Shown here: one piece after another, positions 17,713-27,344 of the stretch
Layout of the letters: each line of letters opens with the position of its first letter
Numbering within the stretch: position 1 is the stretch's first letter
Sequence record: PZ445463.1
DNA length: 43,096 bases
From: a phage
Strand: one strand, 5' to 3'
Notes under the pieces: model-generated
What the model saw: the letters and a program-made list of their open reading frames with translations, nothing else
Told to the model about the DNA's origin: nothing
Databases searched by the model: none
Program-made: the position numbers and the translations under genes

Positions 17713-18228
17713 ATGAGCCAGGAATCTGTAGAAGCCGCCTATCGCCGTAAGCTGGCCTCAAATCCCGACGGCGAGATGGACTACATCACGTTGCAAATCA
17801 GCCACCCGTTGTTGTCAAAGACGTACTATCTTGTTCGTGGGCTACAGGAACTCACGGCAACACTGGAGACAGGCGAAATTATCACGTTCGAGCCAACCCC
17901 GATGGAGGCGTCGGGGGCGGCTAACAACAGTGATATGGACCAGACGACTACGTTTACTTTACCGGATATTCTCAATCAACTTGACGATGAGATGGATAAA
18001 ATCCCTATGAGTAACACCGAGTTGCCGAAGTTCGTCTTCCGTCGTTACGTCAGCACAGACCTGTCTTATCCGGCTGACGGTCCTGTCATGTATGAGTTGC
18101 AGGCCATCAACCAGGAGAAGGGCGAGTTCTCCGCGGATGTTGGTACACCTATGCTGAACCAGCGAAGCACTGGTATACTGATGACACCTAAAGAGATACC
18201 GTTATTACGCGGCCTGTTGACCACATGA
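17713..18228 (+). CDS. Minor tail protein (lambda L-like by position)
   Basis: 171 aa ORF between distal tail and K-like genes. Confidence 0.4.
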   Translation: MSQESVEAAYRRKLASNPDGEMDYITLQISHPLLSKTYYLVRGLQELTATLETGEIITFEPTPMEASGAANNSDMDQTTTFTLPDILNQLDDEMDKIPMSNTELPKFVFRRYVSTDLSYPADGPVMYELQAINQEKGEFSADVGTPMLNQRSTGILMTPKEIPLLRGLLTT

Positions 18229-18590
18229 ATATTAACGACTACACGGGCATACCTTACGACTTTCGCAAGCGCAATTGCTGGCATCACGTTCGCATTGTAC
18301 GGGCCGATGCCGGGTTAGAAACCCCGGCGTTCGACGTTACAAGCCCAACGGCGATTAACGAAGCGTTCGACGAAGGCCATCGTGACACGAAGGGGCTTAC
18401 AAAAATTGATAAGCCTGAAAACTTCTGTGCGGTTCTTATGGGGTATCGCCGTGGCGGTCGTATCGTGTGGCACGCGGGAGTTTACTTCGACGGGATGGTG
18501 AGTCATTGCGAGCTTGCGTCCCGTCAGGTACGGCTTGACAGGCTGGCGGATCTCAGAGACACGTACACGGAGATTGAATTTTGGCGATAA
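18225..18590 (+). CDS. Tail assembly protein, lambda K-like (NlpC/P60-type Cys-His)
   Basis: Conserved Cys and His context (RNCWHHV ... VWHAGVY) typical of K-like tail tip assembly proteins; position before J-like gene. Confidence 0.5.
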   Translation: MNINDYTGIPYDFRKRNCWHHVRIVRADAGLETPAFDVTSPTAINEAFDEGHRDTKGLTKIDKPENFCAVLMGYRRGGRIVWHAGVYFDGMVSHCELASRQVRLDRLADLRDTYTEIEFWR

Positions 18591-21148
18591 TCCTGCACTA
18601 CACGCGAAACGCTGATGGCGCTTTCAACCGTACAAAACACGTCGGGATGCCGATGGAGTTTGTCGTTAACCGTATCCCGGACGGCGTTCCGGTACGCGTC
18701 TATCTTGGCGAGATTGGTGATGATACTGATGTTACAGACGACTTCGACGCGCTCAAAGACGAGGACGCCGTGTACCACATTATTGAGGGCGCTGGCGGCG
18801 GCATTGGCGACGCCATCGGGAGTGTATTCAGTTTCATCCTTAAGCCAATCGCCAAATTGTTCGGGCTAAACACAGCGGCTAACGCTAATTATTCCGCTAC
18901 CAACAATCAGGCTACGTCGCCTAACAACAGTCTCACCGACCGCTCAAACAAGCCACGACCTTATGAGCGTTCCTATGATATCTGCGGGACAGTGCAGACC
19001 ATCCCCAATGACCTGATGCAGACATATAAGGTGTTTAATGCCGCGGGTGCGCTTATTGAATATGCGTACTATGACGCCGGTCGAGGGTATCTGCATATTG
19101 AGGAAGACGGTGTAACTGAGGCAGATACCCGAATCAGCGAGATAACTGGCTCGTCGGTGACGGTGTATTCTCCTTACACTTCGCCGAATAACACCAGCAC
19201 ACCACAATTGCATATCGGCGACCCTATAGACCAGAAATTGTACGTTACATTTAAAAACGCCGATGTCGATGGCGCTGTTCTTCCCGCCCCTAATGATATC
19301 GCTATAGACGTGCAGGACTACACTGTCCAGCGGCAGGGAACAACCGGCGTTGTAGTAGGCGATGACGCTGGTTTCGATGAGTTTTTGGCGGTCGGGGACC
19401 TGGCATACTTCGATAACGTATATGCAGATACAACCCCAGGGTCTTTGGGTAATGAGGTTAACCTGGACGGGAGGTACACGGTTCTTTCGGTTAGTGAAAC
19501 CACCCTTATTGTGGACGTCAGTACAAATCAATCAGTATGGAACCAGCTAGGGGCGTCTGTGTGGTTTATAGGTGAAGAGGGTAACCATCTTATAGGCCCG
19601 GCGGACACTTACGCGGCTTCTCTCTCTGAATGGGCGTACATCACCCGCGGTACTGTCGACCGTGTTGTAGCCAATGTCGCCGCCAGCAACGGCATGTATA
19701 AATACAACGGCGACTATAACCGCGCTTCAGTGACAGTGGAACTGCAATACCAGATGGTTGATGAGCTGAAACAGCCTGTAGGTGATATATTTACTGTACA
19801 AGGAACCGTAACAGGCCGGAACACGGATTACACAGGTATTACTCTTTACGGAAGTTTACCAACTGCTTCCAGATTCCGCGCCCGTATGCGTCGTGTTTCC
19901 GACACCGATAAAGATTTTGAAGGTACTGTTAGTGATGAGGTTACTTTCACTAATCTGTACGGGCAGTCTCTGGACACAACCCCGCACTACGGCAACAGAA
20001 CCACCGTACACTGCGCTCGTAAACAAACGCCACGTGCCGCGGAGGTGTCAGAACCGGAACTACGCATGATAGCAACCGAGATGTGTTACAAATACTTAGG
20101 TAACGGCATATTCGATACTGTAATGACCACAAATACTCAGGCGGTGCAGTCGCTAATCAGACTGGCCCGTGACCCGGCGGTAGGTAACTTAGAACTGACA
20201 ACCGCAAACATGGACAAGTTACTCGCTGTGCAGGAAGAAATTGAGTCCTATTTCGGCAGTGAATTAGCGGGACAATTCTGCTACACGTTCGACGACTACG
20301 ACACCACGATGCAGGACATCGTTCAGACTATAGCGGAAGCCGTGTTCTGTACTGCGTACCGTAAAGGTGCGGATATTATGCTGCGATTCGACCGTCCGGT
20401 TGCTGGGCCTGAGATGGTGTTCACCCACCGCAGCAAAACTACTGGTACAGAGAAATGGACGCGCACGTTCAACGATTCGACAACCTATGATAGCCTGTCG
20501 TTCTCATACATCGACCCGGATACTAACGTACAGGAAACGATTTATATCCCGGAAGAACTCGGAGCAAACACCGAGGAATATGAATCGAAGGGCGTACGTA
20601 ACTATCAGCAGGCATATTGGCTGGCGTGGCGTCGCTACCAGCGCAACGCGTTAAGTAAAGTTGTCGTAGAGTTCGAAGCTACCGAAGAAGGCGCTCTAGC
20701 TACTCCCGGCGGCGTAATCAGCGTGGTTAAAGGCTCCCGCATCGCGCCGCAGGATGGTTATGTTGTCGCCGTTAATGGGCTTACGCTTACGCTGTCGCAG
20801 CCGGTTACGTTTACTCCTGGTGATGACCATTCCATCATTCTTAAGAAGCGCGACGGCTCTGTGCAGAGTATTTCTGTTATCAAAGGAAGCCACGACCGCG
20901 AAGTGATTATGCTCTCCGCGCCGGAGGAGGCAATCTACACGGGGAATAGCGCGCTAAAAACTGAGTTTTCATTCGGCAACGAAGCAAGGCATAATGCTCA
21001 GAAGATAGTTGTTTCTTCAATCGACCCCGGCGACGACCGCACGGTCAAGATTACGGGCTACAACTATGATGACGGATTCTATAAATACGACGGCGTCGCG
21101 CCATACGGCAGCGGTTTCTCCGACGGATTCAGCAATGGTTTTAATTAA
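18581..21148 (+). CDS. Tail tip / host specificity protein (J-like)
   Basis: 855 aa ORF after K-like gene; exact start uncertain (alternative ATG at 18647). Confidence 0.55.
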   Translation: MAIILHYTRNADGAFNRTKHVGMPMEFVVNRIPDGVPVRVYLGEIGDDTDVTDDFDALKDEDAVYHIIEGAGGGIGDAIGSVFSFILKPIAKLFGLNTAANANYSATNNQATSPNNSLTDRSNKPRPYERSYDICGTVQTIPNDLMQTYKVFNAAGALIEYAYYDAGRGYLHIEEDGVTEADTRISEITGSSVTVYSPYTSPNNTSTPQLHIGDPIDQKLYVTFKNADVDGAVLPAPNDIAIDVQDYTVQRQGTTGVVVGDDAGFDEFLAVGDLAYFDNVYADTTPGSLGNEVNLDGRYTVLSVSETTLIVDVSTNQSVWNQLGASVWFIGEEGNHLIGPADTYAASLSEWAYITRGTVDRVVANVAASNGMYKYNGDYNRASVTVELQYQMVDELKQPVGDIFTVQGTVTGRNTDYTGITLYGSLPTASRFRARMRRVSDTDKDFEGTVSDEVTFTNLYGQSLDTTPHYGNRTTVHCARKQTPRAAEVSEPELRMIATEMCYKYLGNGIFDTVMTTNTQAVQSLIRLARDPAVGNLELTTANMDKLLAVQEEIESYFGSELAGQFCYTFDDYDTTMQDIVQTIAEAVFCTAYRKGADIMLRFDRPVAGPEMVFTHRSKTTGTEKWTRTFNDSTTYDSLSFSYIDPDTNVQETIYIPEELGANTEEYESKGVRNYQQAYWLAWRRYQRNALSKVVVEFEATEEGALATPGGVISVVKGSRIAPQDGYVVAVNGLTLTLSQPVTFTPGDDHSIILKKRDGSVQSISVIKGSHDREVIMLSAPEEAIYTGNSALKTEFSFGNEARHNAQKIVVSSIDPGDDRTVKITGYNYDDGFYKYDGVAPYGSGFSDGFSNGFN

Positions 21149-21160
21149 AGAGGACTCTAT

Positions 21161-23341
21161 ATGTCAAGCGGATGCGGTGACGTTTTAAGCCTGGCGGATT
21201 TACAGACCGCCAAGAAGCACCAGATTTTTGAAGCTGAGGTTATCACCGGTAAAGCTGGCGGTGTAGCTACGGGTGCTGATATTGATTACGCAACTAATCA
21301 GGTTACGGGACAGACACAGAAGACGTTGCCAGCCGTGTTGCGTGACGCCGGGTTCAGACCTGCGCCATTCACATTCGAAACAGGTGGGACTTTGGGCGTT
21401 AACGACGCTGACCTGGCGGTGTTGTGGCCAGGGCCATCAGGCGACGGCAACTATTATGCATGGAAAGGTGCCCTGCCAAAAACCATCCCGGCATCTTCAA
21501 CCCCGGCGTCTACGGGCGGAGTAGGCCAGACCGCATGGGTTGCCGTTAGTGAAGCTGCATTGCGCCGTGATTTGGCCCTAAGCACTGGCGCAGGGTTAGT
21601 TGGGACAACATCCGGCAGGACCGTACAGGCAGAGTTTGACTACCGCAAGACTCAAGCAGCAAAAACAGAGATAAACATACTTGACTACCTTCCAGCTAAC
21701 GTGATCGCAGCTCTAAACGATGTTAACGCGTCAAAAGCACTAGGAAGCGTAAGGACATACATTGAGCAGGCTTTAGCGGCAGCAACTAGCGAGAATATCG
21801 GTACTGGGGTTACTTTACGTTTCCCGGCTGGGTTCTTTTGGCTTGATTCTACTCTTAACCTTCCAAAAAGGACGCGTATTGTTGGGGTCTACCCAGAAAC
21901 ATACTTTATGGCTCTCCCTGACTTTACTGGCACTAACGTAATTGCCGGTTCCACAGGACCCGCTATAGTCGCTATTGATAACACAGGACAAGACCCGTTT
22001 TATATTGAAGGTTTCCAGATAAACGCAGATGGTTCCCAGCCGAATGTGGTTGGGCTGCACATTGGCGGCTGCCGTAATTCCGTCGTCCGTCGGATATCTG
22101 TATCTGGAACCTTCGATGCTGCTGTTATTATCCACCCTAAAAACGCAACATCTGGAGACGTGGAGAACCTGGAATTAAGCCACGTATGGACATTAGGCGG
22201 TGGGCTTGTGCTCAGGACTAATACAGATATCGACCGTGGAAATTTAACAGGCCTGTCATTCCGGGATTGTATGTTTTTCAGCACAATCGACAACAACCCT
22301 TCATGGGCGACATCTGGCAACCCTAGTATCAGGTTCTCCTGCCATGTAGACCGACAGATTTTTGCATGTACATTCGACCGTGTAGGATGGGCGAGTCGCG
22401 CAACATACGCCATCTATTCAGAAAGCCTAGCCGGAAATAGTGCATCTGATGTCAAGGGCTTCCGCGATATTCATTTTACAGATTTCCACGGAGAAGCCCA
22501 CAATGCCGATGGGTCATTAACAGCGGACTGTACTTTTGCCCTTCTTGCGAATATGCGTAACAGTACATTTACTAATATCCAACGCTCCGGCGCTGTGACT
22601 CGCGGCGGCATTATCATGGATGGGTGCGAATACGTAACATTCAACTCAGTATCATTTGCGGACCCTAATATCACAACAGGAACAACGACACCTTGTTGCG
22701 TATACCAGAACTCCACCAACAGATTTAATAGATTTATTAACTGTGACTTAACAGATGCAACCGGGAGCATGTTTGATTTAGCCGGTCGGACCGTGTCAGC
22801 CAGTGTAATGTATTATTTTAATGGTCTTTTTTGGGACGATAGTGGGACAAGTACCTGGGATAGTGAACAAATGTCTTCAAAACCATTTGTTCTTTTTAAA
22901 AGGTCTGCGCTTAACGCTAATAACGGTTCTGCTTACCCGCAGGAATCAGGCGTAACTATGACTACTTCTGGTGATAATCTACAGGTTACCTTTGCACGAG
23001 ACGTTCCCCAAAAAACATTCACAATACCAATCACAACTACAAACGCGGTTTTCAACAATCACGACCGCGTTTATGTTCTTTTCAGGCATCAATTTACCAG
23101 TTATGGGACAAATACTGTCGTAAAAATAGGACTAGGAACCTCATATGTGACTATATCACCACAGAACGGTAACGATTATTTTGCAGCCATCAGTCTTGCC
23201 AGAAGCCAGGCAACTAGTTTTAATATCCAAGTTACCTATAGCGGCGCATCTGCAGACTGCAGCATATTAATCAGAGATTTAGTAATTTCTGACAGGATGC
23301 CGTGGGTGCCAAACTTCACCAAATCCTTACTTTGCGATTAA
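21161..23341 (+). CDS. Tailspike / tail fiber with predicted right-handed beta-helix domain
   Basis: 726 aa; N-terminal anchor-like region then long central region with repetitive beta-helix-like composition (inferred, not a scored motif); last late gene, followed by terminator. Confidence 0.6.
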   Translation: MSSGCGDVLSLADLQTAKKHQIFEAEVITGKAGGVATGADIDYATNQVTGQTQKTLPAVLRDAGFRPAPFTFETGGTLGVNDADLAVLWPGPSGDGNYYAWKGALPKTIPASSTPASTGGVGQTAWVAVSEAALRRDLALSTGAGLVGTTSGRTVQAEFDYRKTQAAKTEINILDYLPANVIAALNDVNASKALGSVRTYIEQALAAATSENIGTGVTLRFPAGFFWLDSTLNLPKRTRIVGVYPETYFMALPDFTGTNVIAGSTGPAIVAIDNTGQDPFYIEGFQINADGSQPNVVGLHIGGCRNSVVRRISVSGTFDAAVIIHPKNATSGDVENLELSHVWTLGGGLVLRTNTDIDRGNLTGLSFRDCMFFSTIDNNPSWATSGNPSIRFSCHVDRQIFACTFDRVGWASRATYAIYSESLAGNSASDVKGFRDIHFTDFHGEAHNADGSLTADCTFALLANMRNSTFTNIQRSGAVTRGGIIMDGCEYVTFNSVSFADPNITTGTTTPCCVYQNSTNRFNRFINCDLTDATGSMFDLAGRTVSASVMYYFNGLFWDDSGTSTWDSEQMSSKPFVLFKRSALNANNGSAYPQESGVTMTTSGDNLQVTFARDVPQKTFTIPITTTNAVFNNHDRVYVLFRHQFTSYGTNTVVKIGLGTSYVTISPQNGNDYFAAISLARSQATSFNIQVTYSGASADCSILIRDLVISDRMPWVPNFTKSLLCD

Positions 23342-23346
23342 AACTA

Positions 23347-23372
23347 AGGCCCCGTTTGGGGCCTTTTCTCTA
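23347..23372 (+). terminator. Terminator after tailspike gene
   Basis: aaggcccc-gttt-ggggcctt then ttctct. Confidence 0.5.
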
Positions 23373-23507
23373 CTCTTCCGATAACTTCTCCAGCACAAAC
23401 GCCAGTTGCGCATTAGCGGCATCTCTCTGTTGCCGTAGGCGTAGAACCTCCTCTTCGAGTTCCTTGATACGTTTTTGCAATGCTGGAATCGGGGCTATGA
23501 TGTTCAT
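23370..23507 (-). CDS. Small coiled-coil protein (45 aa)
   Basis: ATGA-coupled to helicase stop; heptad-like LQKRIKELEEEVLRLRQQ; unannotated in ORF track. Confidence 0.35.
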   Translation of the reverse strand: MNIIAPIPALQKRIKELEEEVLRLRQQRDAANAQLAFVLEKLSEE

Positions 23508-24928
23508 TTCTTACCTCGTCTCTTCATGTAGTTAAGCAACTCTTCCTGTACCGATTTCTTCTCGTCGGTACGCGCGGCAACAACCTCGTCCAGCGTGTCT
23601 TTAGCGACTATGTGATAAAGGAACACCGGGCGCTCGTGCCCAGCTTGTTTCTGACGGACCGGGCCTATACGCTCGACAACCTGCAAATAGTGCTCAAGGT
23701 TCCAGCCTTGTGAGATGAATGCCAGATGATGTCCGCCGTCTTGTAAATTCAAACCATGGCCCGCTGACGCAGGATGTACGCATAAGATTTCTACTTCACC
23801 GCGGTTCCACGCTTCCATCTGCTTATTACCCCTGACACCTTTGGCAAAGGCCTGTGCTTGTGGGAATCGCTTAAGGATGCGCTCCAGTTCGTGCTTGAAC
23901 TGATAGGCCACCAGTAACGGTGCCCCCTGTAACTCCTCAACAATGGACTCGAGCGCATCAAGTTTCGTGTCGTGCACTTTCTCCCATTCTTTGGTTGATT
24001 CGCCATCTGGCCCCGATACATACACGGCACCGGAGGCAATCTGTAGGCACTTCGACGTCTTCGCCGCAGCGTTAGCCGCTTCAACTTCTCCGCTTTCCAG
24101 TTCCGCGAATAACTTCTCCTCCATATCGATGTACGCCTGACGTGCTTTCTTCGGCAGGTCGATTTCAACCGGCACAATAATCGGCGCTTCACACCCGAAC
24201 CACTCGGCGGCGTCAATCGTGAGACTAATGTCCTTCATCTTCTGGTGAATTTCATTATCCGCACCCGGGCGTGCGTGGTATTCACGGGCCATCGCAGATT
24301 TCCCTTTCTGTACCGAGTTAAACCAGCGGTCGGTGAATGCTGTGTACGATGACCCCAGGCGCTCGCCTGCGTCGATAAACCAGTTCTGCCCCCACAAGTC
24401 CTTGAGGCCGTTTGGTGACGGCGTGCCAGTCAGGTTAATGAAACGCTTAACTTTGCCAAATGCCACTTTACTAAGCGCCTTTGCCCTCTTGCTGCCGCCT
24501 GAACGGCTGCGGAATGACTTCAGTTTCGTGCTTTCATCGGCAACGATAACGGTAAAAGGCCAGTCGTCTTTGCCGTAGTAGTCAATCAACCACTCTATTA
24601 CCTCATAGTTCGTGCACACCACGTTAGCGTCCGACTCCAGCGCCGCGATGCGGCGCTTCTCTGAACCGGTCGCGTCTACGACACGCAGACATGGGAAATT
24701 CCACTTAGTTTGTTCCGCCGGCCATGTGCCTGATGCAACGCGCAACGGGGCGAGGATTAACACGCGGTCCTCTTCTGTAAGCTGCCCGTTGCGGAACAGT
24801 CGGTTTAATGTCCACAGTACGCTGCCAGTCTTCCCGGCGCCCATGCTCGCCCAAATATTACAGCGATGGTGCCGCAACATGAACGAAGTCATTAGCTTCT
24901 GGTATTCGCGCCTTTGAAACTTACTCAT
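23504..24928 (-). CDS. Superfamily 2 DNA helicase (SNF2/DEAD-like)
   Basis: Walker A ASMGAGKTGS; DExx-like VIVADESTK; C-terminal helicase domain. Confidence 0.75.
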   Translation of the reverse strand: MSKFQRREYQKLMTSFMLRHHRCNIWASMGAGKTGSVLWTLNRLFRNGQLTEEDRVLILAPLRVASGTWPAEQTKWNFPCLRVVDATGSEKRRIAALESDANVVCTNYEVIEWLIDYYGKDDWPFTVIVADESTKLKSFRSRSGGSKRAKALSKVAFGKVKRFINLTGTPSPNGLKDLWGQNWFIDAGERLGSSYTAFTDRWFNSVQKGKSAMAREYHARPGADNEIHQKMKDISLTIDAAEWFGCEAPIIVPVEIDLPKKARQAYIDMEEKLFAELESGEVEAANAAAKTSKCLQIASGAVYVSGPDGESTKEWEKVHDTKLDALESIVEELQGAPLLVAYQFKHELERILKRFPQAQAFAKGVRGNKQMEAWNRGEVEILCVHPASAGHGLNLQDGGHHLAFISQGWNLEHYLQVVERIGPVRQKQAGHERPVFLYHIVAKDTLDEVVAARTDEKKSVQEELLNYMKRRGKK

Positions 24929-25715
24929 TTACGGCCCCTATGAACGCCTTTATAAATTCAGCGGCTACTTGCGGGACGATAGCATTGCCGTAACCGCGCA
25001 ATCGTCCCACTCTGGCGGGTACCCCATTAGCCAGCGGGAATGCGCCGGGTTCAACTGGCCTGAATTTTCCATCCCGGCATCCGAGCCAGTCAGCATCTGA
25101 CCAGAACCCGTTAGGCGGATTGGCTGTGTCAGAGATGCCTCTGTTTGCAGATTGTGGCCCCCGTTCCTGCCCTGATGGCCTGCTCCCGCCGAGTTGTTCG
25201 CACACGGTGTTGGCCAGTTGCTGCGCTCCGAAGAACAATCGATTCCTTTTGTGCGGTGCGCCGACGCTACAAGCTGGGAGTACGGCAAACCCGACGGCGT
25301 AGTCTTCTCTTTCCAGGTGAGTTTGTAAATCGCACATCCACGATTTTGCAATTGCTGCCGCAACCTGCTCCCCAAAGATGACTGGAGGGTGGCACTCGCT
25401 GATGAGGTCGAGGAGCACAGGTGCGAGGTGTCTCTGGTCGAACTGTCCGAGTTGCTTTCCTGCCGTGCTAAACGGTTGGCAAGGCGGACTTCCCGTCCAT
25501 ATAGGCGTATCTTCAGAAACTCCCGCAAGTCTGAGCGCGAGAGGCCAGCCGCCGATACCCGCGAAAAAATGACACTGGGTGAACCCGTCAAGGTCTTCTG
25601 GCTTAACTTCGGTAATGCTTCTTTCATCTACAACTCCAAAAGGTATGTGACCCTGTTTTATCAACTCACGCAGCCACGCGGCTGCGCCTTTACCCCATTC
25701 GTTGTAATAGTTCAT
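24921..25715 (-). CDS. DNA (cytosine-5)-methyltransferase
   Basis: Motif I FFAGIGG, catalytic motif IV PPCQPFS, C-terminal [10 protein letters not shown]. Confidence 0.7.
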   Translation of the reverse strand: MNYYNEWGKGAAAWLRELIKQGHIPFGVVDERSITEVKPEDLDGFTQCHFFAGIGGWPLALRLAGVSEDTPIWTGSPPCQPFSTAGKQLGQFDQRHLAPVLLDLISECHPPVIFGEQVAAAIAKSWMCDLQTHLEREDYAVGFAVLPACSVGAPHKRNRLFFGAQQLANTVCEQLGGSRPSGQERGPQSANRGISDTANPPNGFWSDADWLGCRDGKFRPVEPGAFPLANGVPARVGRLRGYGNAIVPQVAAEFIKAFIGAVNE

Positions 25716-25903
25716 TTCGCCACCAGAACTAACTCTTTACGCCCGAACGCCGTAACGTTACCGGTTACGTCTTCAATAACCAGTTTACCGTTCGACTCGA
25801 CGAACACCGTATCAACGGCAACAGGACGACGGGTCTTAACGTTGAAAATCATGTCGCCTGGTACGATGTCACGTGCTGGTTTGCGGTCATATTCGTGTTT
25901 CAT
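25712..25903 (-). CDS. Hypothetical 63 aa protein
   Basis: ORF with AAGGAA SD downstream of promoter 25938-25966. Confidence 0.5.
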   Translation of the reverse strand: MKHEYDRKPARDIVPGDMIFNVKTRRPVAVDTVFVESNGKLVIEDVTGNVTAFGRKELVLVAK

Positions 25904-26219
25904 TTCTAAATTCCTTATATTGTTGGGGTATGTGCTTACTATAATAGTCTGCTATTAGGGTGTCAATCTGTTTTATCGAACCAACGACAAAAACATTTGC
26001 GCCACGTTTACGTATACGCTCGTGTTCCCGTAGCTGGTGCGGGTCTGGCTTAGTGTTTTCGTCTTTCTTCACCTCGACGAACCAGACGATGCCGCCGGGT
26101 AGAATTGCCAGCAGGTCAGGAGCGCCTGAACGTCCTTCGTAGGAAAGTTTACGAACGAGGCCACCAATGGCCTCGAATCGCTCTTTTGCGTATTTCTGGA
26201 TGCGGCCCTCTTTAGTCAT
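25887..26219 (-). CDS. VRR-NUC domain nuclease
   Basis: PD-(D/E)XK-like core GAPDLLAILPGGIVWFVEVKKDEN ... QLREHERI. Confidence 0.6.
   Translation of the reverse strand: MTKEGRIQKYAKERFEAIGGLVRKLSYEGRSGAPDLLAILPGGIVWFVEVKKDENTKPDPHQLREHERIRKRGANVFVVGSIKQIDTLIADYYSKHIPQQYKEFRNETRI
25938..25966 (-). promoter_or_regulatory. sigma70-like promoter TTGACA-N17-TATAGT with AATAG-N4-CTATT in spacer
   Basis: Lies within 3' coding end of VRR-NUC gene; upstream of 25712-25903. Confidence 0.45.
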
Positions 26220-26250
26220 GACCGCAGCATCCAGGTAAGGAAAACCCAGC

Positions 26251-26367
26251 CTAGAATGGCAACACCGGCAAACTGAAAGAACAGGCCGTAACAGAACATA
26301 GCAGCTATTCCCGCACCGAGTAACAGTGCGAGCATGGTTACTATGGTCCTAAATACAAACATTGTCA
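26251..26367 (-). CDS. Small hydrophobic peptide (38 aa)
   Basis: ATG 26367 with GAGGGG SD; single TM-like LALLLGAGIAAMFCYGL; below ORF-track cut-off. Confidence 0.35.
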
Positions 26368-26450
26368 TAATACGCACCCCTCACGTTTCGTATGCTCAAT
26401 CCCGCAGCGCGGGCAGATTCGGCAGTCTTCTTCATAAAACCAGTAAATTT

Positions 26451-26582
26451 TCATTCCAGCACCCACATATAAATTGCGATGAACATGCCCAATATGGCAA
26501 CCATCATGCCGTATTGTCCCTCGTGACAGTAGACACCGGCGGCAAATCCCGCCAGTACCGCGATAATCAGTTTACTTGGCAT
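26451..26582 (-). CDS. Small membrane protein (43 aa)
   Basis: ATG overlaps HNH stop; two hydrophobic stretches (LIIAVLAGFAAGVY, MMVAILGMFIAIYMWVL). Confidence 0.35.
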   Translation of the reverse strand: MPSKLIIAVLAGFAAGVYCHEGQYGMMVAILGMFIAIYMWVLE

Positions 26583-27267
26583 CTCTACATTCTCCTTCAG
26601 GCCACCTATTAGGAAAAGACGGTATATGTGAAACTTCTCTCGCCGCTTTTATTCTTTTAATGGTGGGACCTATCTCCGTAACCATTTCAATGAATGTAAA
26701 CCGGTGTCCTCTGGTAAGATTACATGTCTGACAACAAGAAACGCAGTTAGATACTATGTGCCCGCTTGTATTATCTATGCGGTCTACCCCGACTTTTGTA
26801 GTGCTTCCGCAATAATGGCATGGCTGTGATATTAGTTTAATAACGCTTTCCAGTGTTAAATCGCAGATAAGCCCTTTTCCTGAATCTGCTCTTTTGTATC
26901 CTAACAAAAGCGCGTACGCCCGCGTCCTTTGGTCCTTATTCACCAGTTCCCTGCGTTGCTTGTTGAGACACTCCCGGCAATCTTTCCTGATATGAGAGCC
27001 ATTACTTTTATTTCCTTTCCTGAAGTTTTCCTCTGTTAAAGGTTTTACCTCCCCACACTTTCTGCATTTAACAGGCTTCCCAGTGAAAACATACCAAGGG
27101 CTTTCTCGTCTGGATTTACCTTGTAATTTAAGTTTTTCGTCATACTTTTCCTTCCTGTTAGCATTTACACACTCTTTACACCAGCGTTGCAGCCCGAGGC
27201 GCGTTGACTTTGAAAAATACTCTGTAGTCGCCGGTTTATCTTCGCCGCATCTTGAACACTTTTTCAT
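26572..27267 (-). CDS. HNH endonuclease with N-terminal zinc-ribbon repeats
   Basis: HNH core CHYCGSTTKVGVDRIDNTSGHIVSNCVSCCQTCN; two CxxC...CxxC pairs N-terminal; start chosen at ATG 27267 with GGAG SD. Confidence 0.7.
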   Translation of the reverse strand: MKKCSRCGEDKPATTEYFSKSTRLGLQRWCKECVNANRKEKYDEKLKLQGKSRRESPWYVFTGKPVKCRKCGEVKPLTEENFRKGNKSNGSHIRKDCRECLNKQRRELVNKDQRTRAYALLLGYKRADSGKGLICDLTLESVIKLISQPCHYCGSTTKVGVDRIDNTSGHIVSNCVSCCQTCNLTRGHRFTFIEMVTEIGPTIKRIKAAREVSHIPSFPNRWPEGECRDAK

Positions 27268-27284
27268 TAATAACTCCAAAAAAA

Positions 27285-27313
27285 AATACCGACATAGCCA
27301 TTATATCGGTATT
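27285..27313 (-). terminator. Hairpin plus 9-T tract downstream of DNA polymerase gene
   Basis: On - strand: aataccga ... tcggtatt followed by ttttttttt. Confidence 0.5.
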
Positions 27314-27344
27314 TACATTTTCTACAACGTATTTCCTAAATCTA

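Noticed and set aside
23504-24928. Helicase as part of a restriction-modification or defence island with the methyltransferase
   Set aside because: Gene order (helicase, methyltransferase, VRR-NUC, HNH, polymerase, SSB-like, nuclease) is a standard phage replication/recombination module; no specificity subunit or restriction endonuclease domain was recognised.
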